A stretch of DNA of 49,412 nt, filler included, from Catajapyx aquilonaris (lineage: Eukaryota), in NCBI GenBank assembly GCA_000934665.2. It is 3 parts of 3 records of this genome, joined end to end, with 100 filler letters (N's around TTAATTAATTAA, not from the genome) between each part and the next. Parts side by side here need not be neighbours in the genome. Positions count along the whole stretch, not along the records: positions 16,209 to 32,307 come from JYFJ02007294.1; positions 32,408 to 49,412 come from JYFJ02007295.1; 1 more part is not named here. One strand, written 5' to 3'. The translations under genes and the position numbers were made by a program. The notes under the pieces are model-generated. The model searched no databases, had not been told where the DNA came from, and saw only the letters and a list, made by a program, of their open reading frames with translations. Numbering within the stretch: position 1 is the stretch's first letter; every line of letters begins with the position of its first letter. Positions 24,485 to 34,079 of this stretch are shown one piece after another.

Positions 24485-26765
24485 ATGTGGACGGACTCTG
24501 GGGATGAGGATGACGGGGACGAAAAAAGCACATGGATAGGGGATGGGGATATCGCACCCCTGCCATCAAGAGTGATGCGGCTGCAGGAACTGGCTGTGCC
24601 TCAGGTCAGTAAACAGCTGGTGGATTGGGGCCAGACGGCTGCCGGCGGGGTGCTCCTGCTGGAAGAAGTGTCGTATGAATCTATGGATATGGTTCAACAA
24701 GCGGTCAAGATCTGCAGGCGGTATGTGAACCCTCTGCCTGAGCTGATGCGCCAGTCTGTTATGGTCGAAACCAGGCGCCAGCTCGCAGGGAAGATCCGGA
24801 GGAGGGAAGGACGCCTGCAGGAGATGGGTCTGGCGCATCTTGCCACAGCCTCAGTCTGGCAGCACTTCTTTAGACGCCTGGCCAAGTGGCCCTGGATGCA
24901 GAAGGTCTTCCGGTACGCCAAAAGAGCTCAGGACTCTTTAAACTGGTGGCTAGGAGGATTTCTTTACAAGCCAGTTTGCAGTGAGGAAGAAAGGCAGTTC
25001 CTCCTGCAGGAGTACTTCTTCCTGTCCGCGTTCGCTGCCATGCTGCTTCTCCCCACCTGCAACGACCTGCAGGTCGATGGTCTTCCCTTCCACCTGCAGT
25101 CACTCATTGCCCGTAACCTCCACATGGCACCACCTTCATCCCTCCAGAGGATATCATTCAAGTTAGGTTTAGTGTATGCTTATTATGGCACAACATTTAT
25201 GCTTATATCCTTCAGGCGTCACCGGCCGTTGGACGAAATCGAAACGTTGCTGCTGGACGTACAAAAGGCATGCAGAGGAGGCGCCATTTCCGCGAAGATG
25301 ACAGCCCGAGTCTTGCAAGCGCCGCTTCTACAGCCGTTGTTCATGTCAGAGTTGCCGTCCTGTCCTCTCTTCCAAGTCCCCCCGACCCCGTTTCGCACCA
25401 TGATATCGTTGACCACCCTGTCTCTGGTGGGATGCTGCACCGACGACATCCTGAGCGTGGTTCCCGAGGGATGTCCGTATGTCCGGGACATCGACGCATC
25501 ATTCTCCGGTAACCTGGTGACCGACGCCGGCGCCGCTCACCTGCACAGATGCCGCTTGTATCTCTCGTCCATTCACCTGCAGGAGACCGGTGTTTGCGGG
25601 TCGGCCCAGGCGGTTCTGATCAGGGCCCTGCCTTGCCTGCAGGAAATCAGCTGCGGGTCTGCAGGAGACTCGATGCTGCGGAAGCTGGCCTGCATGGAGA
25701 AGCTGCAGCCAAGGAAGAAGCCGCGAACAGCCTCCGGATCGCGTCTGATGAGCTTCAATATTCAGCGTCTCAGCTGCAGCTGTGAGGTAATAGCCTAGTA
25801 CGGTCCAGAGTACGTTACCTTTTCACCTTTATTATTTTCCTTTCCAGAGTGTGGAGTCCATTCAGAACCTGGCCACCCTTTTTCCTCACCTGCATGTCCT
25901 TAGGGTACATCTTCCGCACAGACAATGTGGCAGCGGACCTCTGCTTGGACCGCTCCTGCACCTACACCACTTGAGAGAGCTGGAGGTCCACTGCGGCCCC
26001 TTCTTTGCCCCGGGCAGCATCGCCCCTCTCCTGCAGGTGCGAGGGGAGCGCCTGACTTCCCTGTCCCTGGAGCTGACCCCGAAGGAAGGGCTGGATCTAG
26101 CTCTGGGGATGGCCATCCTGCAGGGATGCCCTTCTCTGAAGTGCCTGTCCCTGCAGGAAGGGATGGCCGCAGTGCAATGCTGCAGCGGGGAAGGCGAAGA
26201 CGAGGGGATGCAGGAGAAGGCTGCCAAGGGTGGTTCATACCCTTGCTGGGGTGCTACAGGATGCCTGCGAATTCTGAAAAGTCGTGGGCTGTTCCTGCCT
26301 GAGCTGACCTCCTTGACCTGCAAGGTGCACAGGCCTTGCGTTGCTGTCAGGCTTCTGCTCTTCTCTGGATCTAACCTGCGTAGCCTGACCCTGCAGCCAG
26401 CCGGTGACCTCCCACTGCAACTGCATCCACAATTTCTGAGGACTCTAATCACCTTGGCACCTGTCACATCCTGGCCCGACTCACTGCAGGAGCTGGAAGT
26501 GGACGGAGGCTTTTTGGACATAGGGTTTGCCCGGTACCTTCTAGGGGCTCTACCAAAGCTAAGACGCCTCGGATTCCTTCCCAGCTGGCAACTTGTGACC
26601 AAGAAGGAAACTAGGGCCTTCCGGGCTTTCGTTCGAAACAACTACCCGAAGATATGCGTCGACGAAATATCAGACGTCGACCTGGACATATGCAGGGAAT
26701 CTAGTCGAGAAGCCGACAACTACCGCCTGCTACATGAAGACCCTTCGTTGAGTATGCATATGTAA
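24485..26765 (+). CDS. Leucine-rich-repeat (RNI-like) protein of unknown function, about 720-740 aa
   Basis: Long GC-rich ORFs 24485-25786 and 25848-26765 joined by a phase-0 GT-AG intron. Recurrent LxxLxL units (LTTLSLVGCCTDDIL, LSSIHLQETGV, LHVLRV, LRELEV, CPSLKCLSL, LRSLTL, LQELEV). Confidence 0.8.
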
Positions 26766-27004
26766 TCATCAACTGTACTGAATCTGTCAATTTGTGAACT
26801 AAAATCGACTAAAATTCTCTTTGATGTCATGGGACTGGACTTCAGCATTTTATTACCCACTCAGCCAATAAGGATACATGTCATTGTGTATGCCACTAGT
26901 AAATTTTGTACTTCCAGAAACAACGGCATTGCGACACTGCCACCAATATACAGACAAAAAATTTACAATGATCTGTCCAAAAAAATATTTTCCGCTGATT
27001 CGCC

Positions 27005-29366
27005 TTACAATCCGACCATCTTTACGGCCGAAGGGTAGCTGGACCTGGACCTCTCGCACTGGTGCAGCAGGTTGATTGTCTCTGTCTTCCTGCTGATGTC
27101 GTCCTCCAGGTCCAACCTGGTCTCGTGCAGACGGTTCACCGACTCCTGCATATGTCTCATCCGATCCTCCAGCTCGGTCACGGACTGGTTCAGCTCTCCG
27201 ACCTCCTCTATCAGCTTGTACTGCGCCGAGTCCCTGAAGTGTATAGACAGTTCAGTTGCTTTCTAGCGAACTCATTGCCACAATTGGGCAAAGCCTACAA
27301 TCAGCATGACAGTGACTTTAATGAGATGGCCCGCCGATTTACCCCATAGTACTAATCTTCACGCATGGATGGCGCACACTCCATCTGCGACACACTCCTG
27401 CCACCCTCAGGTCGTGCGAGAGCTAGCGATACTATCTAAGGTCAGACAAACATCTGACGGGAGAAAGACTTGCCTGCACATCTCCATGCCTGGTCGGAAG
27501 CTCCTGAGGTACAGCCTGGTCTGAGTCTTCTTCATCGGAAGGTTCTTGTCCACGATGGCCTGCCTCAGCTTGTTGATCATGTTCTCGTTTTCGGCCAGAT
27601 TGTCCAGGACCTTCCGAAGCTTCTCCTGCAGCTCCTTCTTGGCCACCTCGCTCTCGTACAGCCTCTGGGCTATGGAGGTGTCGACCTGGGCGCCCTTGAA
27701 TCGCAGCTGTTGCGCTGAGTCCGCCAGGACGCGGTCTATCGCGGCCCGCAGCCTGATGGACATGTCGAACTCTGCCATCATGTCTCGGATGTTCTTCTGG
27801 CTGAACTCCTCCAGGGTCTCAGGTGTGGACTGCCACTCCTGGAACCTGGCCATTCCAGCGTGGTTCAGGTTGGTCGGAGTGCAGTCGGACAATGCCGTCG
27901 CGTTCTGGTCCATGTCGAACGCCTCTGACTTGTCGCCCCAGTCCTTCTCTATCCTCTCCTTGATCGCTCGGTTTCGCCCTATCTGGTCGTGTGCCTGGCC
28001 CACAGTGCGGGTCAGCAGGCCCAGAACATCCTTGATCAACGCCTTTTCGTCCTGCCACAGAAGAAGGTTTATTAACAAACCTGAGACGATTTTTTTTTTA
28101 CGAACGCAACCGAGTGCGCAGCGCACCCACACTATGGTTCGTTCCAGAGCATTGAAAACCTCGAAAAAGTCGGCCATATTGTTACCCCACAAAGAGTAGC
28201 CTTGGAAATATGTCCAGCACATCCACTATGTAGAGAGCTGTCATTGATAATTACAGCCATGCACTCGGTTGCGCTCATTAAAAATATTTGTCTAGCGAGA
28301 AATGCTATACCTGTAGATCAGTTTCGGCAACGTCCTTGACTAGCTCGATCCCCCTCCTGAGCGTGAGGAGCCTCAGACATTCGTCGTTGCTCATCTGGGC
28401 CTTTCCGATGGTGACAATGGCTCTCTCCATGCGCCTCTTCCTCTCGATCAGCCTGTCCGTCTCGTCCCTCATGTTTTTGATCAGCTCCTCGTAGTCCATC
28501 TTGGCCAGATGCATCTCGTCCAGGCGACGGGACACCAGACGTGTGGCGTCGTGCTGGGTGCAGGCAGTCCTGCTAGCCGTGTTGCTCATGGAGCACTTGC
28601 TCTGGAAGCTCAACCTGGCGGAGTTTTCTAGATCTCCAGCCGCCTGCGAGATTCGATTCTCGTGCTGCCGGCTCCATTCCCCGTGCGAGAAACGCTCCCC
28701 AGAAGACCTGAACACAGTCGGACGCAGTTTGCCCAACCTGTCCTTATCCATCAGTCCAGGGTAGAACTCGAATGGCTCCTTCACCACTTCAGGCTTCTCC
28801 ACTTCAGGACCTACCCCGTCGACACTCGGCTTCCCCGAGCCATAGCAGCACCTGCAATGCCCTGGCTCGCAGTTGCACCTCTTCTCCTTGAGCAGCGGGT
28901 AGCTCTCCGGGGATCCCTGGCTGGGTTCCCTTGGGGCGTGGTACACAGGTATCTTGGATTCCCTGGGTCGTCTCTCAGTGTCGTGGCAGACGTCGCCCTT
29001 TATGACAGTGGAGTATTCAGCAGGGATGTTCGCCTCAGTCCTGCATATGTCTACTTCCTTGTAGGAAGGCTCGGGGTTAGGCTGTGTTGGATACTTGGGG
29101 CAAAACGTGGGATGGTATGGGCCAGGAGGACGGTCCAGCGTGTCTTTGTGCACTGGGAACTCCTGCTGGTGCGGGGGAGGCTGCTGGCCTGCTTCATCTC
29201 CTGTCGCGACAGGGGCGTGGAAGGTGCCAGGGATTTTCCAATCGGAGCCGCACAGCTTGACAGGCCCTCGGACGGCATTAACATCTTCGCTTCCTACGGT
29301 CGGGTAAGGGGTAAAGTCCGAGCTATCCAGGCAGTTTCCGGTGGTTACTGTCTGTGCGGGAAGCAT
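27005..29366 (-). CDS. Tektin family protein, about 620 aa, with a long Pro-rich N-terminal extension
   Basis: Exons 29366-28311, 28051-27474 and 27233-27005 splice in frame. Coiled-coil tektin domain with ECL..R.GIELV.D, DW.DK.EA...D, K..P.K..QTRL..R and the signature RPGMEMCRD (canonical RPNVELCRD), which spans a GC-AG intron. Confidence 0.92.
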
Positions 29367-29933
29367 CGCTGATAGGACACAGACAAAGTAAAAATCAGTT
29401 TGAAAACGATTCACTGCTCTACATGCAGCACCGGCCAATTTTGGCCTGGAAGCTTACCTGGAATGTTACTAGCGTGTGTAAAATGTTGCCTCTGAATGTG
29501 GAACTATCCACTATATCTTTTAAAAAATATAACAGAAGGCAGGTGTGATGACACCCCAGAGGTGCCTTAGAATATTGACTGGGCAACAAAGAAAATGAAT
29601 TCCGTGTCCATGGAAACATGACACAAAGTTTATTCATCTGTTGTAGCAATTATTATATGCATAAATTTTTTAAAACAGTGGGCAAGTCACGTCTTGGCAG
29701 TAACCTATTCTGTTTTGCCCCGTCATGGAAAATTTAAATCTTTTACTAAACTTCAGAAAGTTTCTCCGGTTGCTCTTCAATAAGAAGCCCTGGCAAGAAA
29801 ATAATGTCAACTCTGTAAAGTTGACTACAATGGATGAATACAGTCAGGGAGTTCACTACAATAAAGTACAACAGATTGTGCAATACACGTTTTACAAACT
29901 AGACATAGAATATAAGTTACAAAATGCGCTGAA

Positions 29934-31281
29934 CTATTCTGCTCCTTTGAACTGTGCCATAATGACGAATAGAGTGATGATCGAATTTGCCATCTGAAGA
30001 GATAGAAACAAAATAAAGGAATCAGAAGAAGCTTTAACTCTATAGCAGTTTCTTAAAAGAATTTGACATGATGATGAATCTCACTCACGCCAATAAGAAT
30101 ATTGCTTCTGATGTTGAAAAACCAGGCTGAAATTTCTGGTTTTTGACTAGTCATCTTGGTAACCAGAGAATGGAACAGCATCTTGCTGTCCAGGTCGAAC
30201 CAAGACGTGTCGATCTTCTGGATGTCCAGGAGAGATGATGATGCCTGGCGAGCATAAAATTGTCGAGCTAATATCTTGAAAAGGATATTAAACACTGACT
30301 GCATGGCTTATGCTACGGGGAAAAATAACTATGTAATTGTTAAAATAAAGTGTATATTGATTAAAATAATATGGTGAAGCCTACCTCATGGGGCATTTGG
30401 TCCAGGATACATGTGGCAGCAATTATTTCGGCTAATTTCATAAACACGAACACGAGGATATCCCAATAAAATGTATATAATCCAATCATCACGTACGAGC
30501 AAGAGACAAGCACTTCCGTGAACATGTTCATGTAAGAAATGGCCACGGCAACACGGTAACACTCGTTCACACAACTGACCAGGTCACAGAGGTCAAGGAA
30601 TGCACCTCCCAGTTGGGTCAAGCGAGAGGGGAATTTGTGAAAGCGGAGTTGGAATAATTTGCTTGGGAAAGTGGCCTGGGGCATTTGGGAAGTGACCTCT
30701 CGAATTGACTGGTTCACATGCTTGAATCTGGCTCGAATAGACTCGGAAAAGAAGACGACCTGCATCAAAGTGACTGTGGATACGGACCTAGCGATCACCC
30801 ACAGAGTGATTGACAGCGTAGAAATCCAACCTGGGAAAGACACCAGCAGCACTCGTAATGCTATCGTCATGACGATGCAAATTGCGAGCAAAACGCATAA
30901 AATTTGAGACAAAATTTTAACCTTCCTGTTGACCTTTGCGACCCCAGGCACGCTACAGTCAAATTCACAAATCCTTCTAAGCAGTTTGCATATTCCATTG
31001 CAGTTGATTGATAAAACGAGGTAAATAGAGATGGTTGTCAGGTTCATGATTAAAACATGGCTTAATAGGTTGACAGATTGTACGTTTTTAAAGGAAAACG
31101 CTATTTTTCCGAACCCATTAAAAACAAACACAAAGAGGTTCAGAAAAACGTTAAAAACCGGTGCTATCAATAGGAGGAAACATCTCCTCGAATATTCACC
31201 CTCCTTTGTCCTAACCACCGAAAACACTCCCAATAACCGTGATACAATGGATATCGGTCCAAATGCCTCGTAGATATCCAT
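29934..31281 (-). CDS. Gustatory receptor (7tm chemoreceptor), possibly pseudogenised at the exon 2 acceptor
   Basis: Exon 1 31281-30385 encodes multiple hydrophobic helices (I..RF..VN, LCDLV..VN..Y). Exon 2 is about 30312-30089 (...KPEISAWFFNI). The last exon 29993-29934 reads MANSIITLFVIMAQF, equivalent to the TYhhhhhQF motif. Phase-0 3' introns are typical of Grs. The obvious exon 2 acceptor is one base out of frame. Confidence 0.85.
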
Positions 31282-31818
31282 AGTTGAACCAGGTACAATA
31301 AGTGAGTAATCACACAGACAATGCAATAAGCACTGAAGTTGCGCAGTAGTGTGAGGCAGAGAATATTCTCTATCAGGTTCCATTAATCACTTGTTAACAA
31401 AAGCGTGAGTCGCCCTCACTCATTACCTGAATACACAAAAGCACCGACAAAACAATGCTCTCCATTTTGCATAATATGGCAATTATTATTCAGAATGGCC
31501 TTTAACCTTTTTAAACCTCCTCCTAGCGTGCCTTTGGCATGTTTTCGCATGATGTATTACAAAAATGCTGGGCTATTATTTCAATACAGTTTTCTGCAAT
31601 TTTCAGCAGCCTTCCATCTCGTCCTGAATGTGTTTGGTCATCACAAAAGCAATATCGTGACCTTTTGTCAGCCAGATATGTTTCTATAGACGTCATACCT
31701 TATATACAGGATTCATAAGAATCGACTTAAGCGTGCAGTGTGTTCTAGTATGCATGCGAAATATTTTAGTGTATAAAGGATGTTGCATGCATTAATTTTA
31801 TTAAAGTACTGTACTTAC

Positions 31819-32212
31819 CTCTAGTGGCAATAGCTACAAGATGCAGGTGACGGCAAATAATGTAGTTGATCTGATGGCAGCCAGTATAGGAATTGCAGGT
31901 GTTTGAAAGAAAGCGCCGTCGATCATCATCAATGAACATGTAGAAATCACACCGACGAACAGATGCAGATAGGACACGGCCAGGGCCAGACTGTAGCACC
32001 TGTTAACGCAACAGACCAAATGGCAGAGGTCAACATAAGTCCCACACAGGTGACCCAAACTATGAGGAAACTTTGTGGAATGGAGGTTGCGCGTGTTAGA
32101 AGAATCAAATTCACAGGGTAAAGAAGACAGGATTTCTCGAATGGCCTGATTCACCAGCTTGAATCTGGCTCGAATAGACTCTGAGAAGAAAGTAACTTGC
32201 ATCAAAACGACG
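31819..32212 (-). pseudogene. Truncated gustatory receptor paralog with premature stop
   Basis: LMQVTFFSESIRARFKLVNQAIRE...YVDLCHLVCCVNRCY closely matches the neighbouring Gr. In-frame TAG at 31836-31834 (TCIL*LLPLE versus TCILDQMPHE) just before the GTAAGT donor. Homology stops upstream of about 32212. Confidence 0.85.
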
Positions 32213-32307
32213 CACAGTGGTATGAAATGGCGATTTAACACGACAACAGTCGAATTTTACATTGTTGCGGACGTTAGTTCTGACAACTTACTTTGATAGA
32301 CAGATGT

Positions 32308-32407
32308 NNNNNNNNNNNNNNNNNNNNNNNNNNNNNNNNNNNNNNNNNNNNTTAATTAATTAANNNNNNNNNNNNNNNNNNNNNNNNNNNNNNNNNNNNN
32401 NNNNNNN
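32308..32407. other. Artificial contig spacer
   Basis: Same N44-TTAATTAATTAA-N44 structure as at 16109. Confidence 0.97.
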
Positions 32408-32746
32408 TTACCCCGTGCTAGGGCCATGGGTCCTTATAGGGGGGTGGGATACCACCATTTTCTTCAATTTTCTATTTTTTTTTTTTCTTCTTCGCTCCGG
32501 TGCAAGGATGAAAGGACATGGGGAAGGGATAGGGGATTTTTGGGGAGGGAACATGGGTGCAAGGTGCACGTCTGAAAACGGGTCATGTGCTGTTCCCCAG
32601 GAGGTTAGGTTGCCAGACACCTCCTTGGTGCAGTTAAGAGACCCTCCCGACGCAGGTGAAAGGAAAGTTCCCCAGGCGGGGATCGAACCTGGGGCCTTTC
32701 ACACAGCAAGCCGTGACGTTACCATCACGGCCACCACACCTCCCCA
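32408..32746 (-). mobile_element. tRNA-derived SINE, tail cut by the contig end
   Basis: Minus-strand GGGGAGGTGTGGTGGCCGTGATGGTAACG...GGTTCGATCCC head; body homologous to 12782-13167. Confidence 0.85.
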
Positions 32747-33445
32747 GTCAGTAGATGACTATTCTATTAGCAATTGCGGTGATTAAGGAAACAAGTAGCA
32801 TAATATTTAGCTCTGATGTAACCTATTGCAATGTTATTGCGTATAGAGGGTTTCATTGTGCCCTCCTTTTATTCTGCCATTGTGAAGTGAACTTAATTAG
32901 TATGTGTATGACCATACTTGTTCCTGTGATGTTTTCTGCCAGGAAGTATTTACTTGCATGGCATAACTTGTTAGGCAAGAATTGATGCATGGATTGTTGT
33001 GACATTTATGAAAATGACAGTTGAAATACTTAAATTTCCCTTGAAAAGTGAATGATGTGACATATGTCTGTTAGACCTTGAAATATTCTGGAACACCCTC
33101 TATGTCAGTCATGGAATTTGCTTAATAATTGGAATGCAGTGCCTAACTGACAGAGTGACAAAGAGAGACTGGGGAAGGGAAGTGGTTGCCAGGTATCGTC
33201 CGAAACACTTCTTTGATGTAAGGATAAGTATTTTCATAATTAAAGCATACATGAGGAAATTTGCTCCTCACACGAAAAGTTTATTCAGCTGTTAATGTAG
33301 AGCTTGCTACTGGAAGTTGTGGTAATGTCATTAGCAACATCTAAACTCTGGTTGAAGGAAATCAAAATGGGATTAGAAGTGATAGCAGATAATAACATGC
33401 TAATTTTCCTGTTTCCAGTGTCTGGGCAAAATCGGCCTCACCTTC

Positions 33446-33496
33446 ATGGAGTTCTTCTTGGACAGCGGGGAGTACTGCCAGGCTCAGCACAAATAA
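33446..33496 (+). promoter_or_regulatory. Candidate uORF (MEFFLDSGEYCQAQHK*) in the inferred PRL-1 5' leader
   Basis: ATG to TAA just after a strong acceptor (TTTTCCTGTTTCCAG ending ~33417). That this region is in the transcript is inferred. Confidence 0.4.
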
Positions 33497-34079
33497 GCAG
33501 TGCGGAGAGCCAGAAGAAGAGGCGGAGGGAAGTAAGAGAAGAGGCAGTGGTGGAGGAGAAGAGCTGGAGGAGGAAGGGCAGGCACACGAGTTGCAGCATC
33601 AGTTGCAGCCGCCTAGTTGCAGTGTCTCATTGTCTCGGTGATTGACACTCATCGCACCGTAGCGCCGGAACGTCCTCGGCCTCCGGTTCCAGCACTTTAA
33701 ATGGGGTGAAGAGAAAGAGTGGTGGAGGAGAAAGGAAGGAAGGACTAAGAGACGGTTCTGTAGTTTGGTTTGGTTTTGGAGAGAAGGGAAACAAACTGGC
33801 AACAAAACAGCAGCAACAAGAACTTGTAACATCACAGCATTGTTTGGAAACAGGGTTCTTAATTTTCTACGCAGCACCCGCATCTACTAGATTTTTATAA
33901 GTGTGGTTTCGGAGGAGGAAATAATAGTGGCCAAGATAGGAAGCAAATTAGTGCCAAAGGGGGGGTACAAGGGGAAAGACGAGGAGTTGGACTGCAGGCT
34001 TCCCATACTACTACTTTTGAATAGAGGGGATNATCGCGTGGAGTTCTTTCATTTCCACTGGAGAGTTGGTCTCCAAGCG

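Noticed and set aside
25886..29372. Antisense ORFs of 200-250 aa opposite the LRR and tektin genes
   Set aside because: Shadow frames of GC-rich coding sequence with no recognisable domains.
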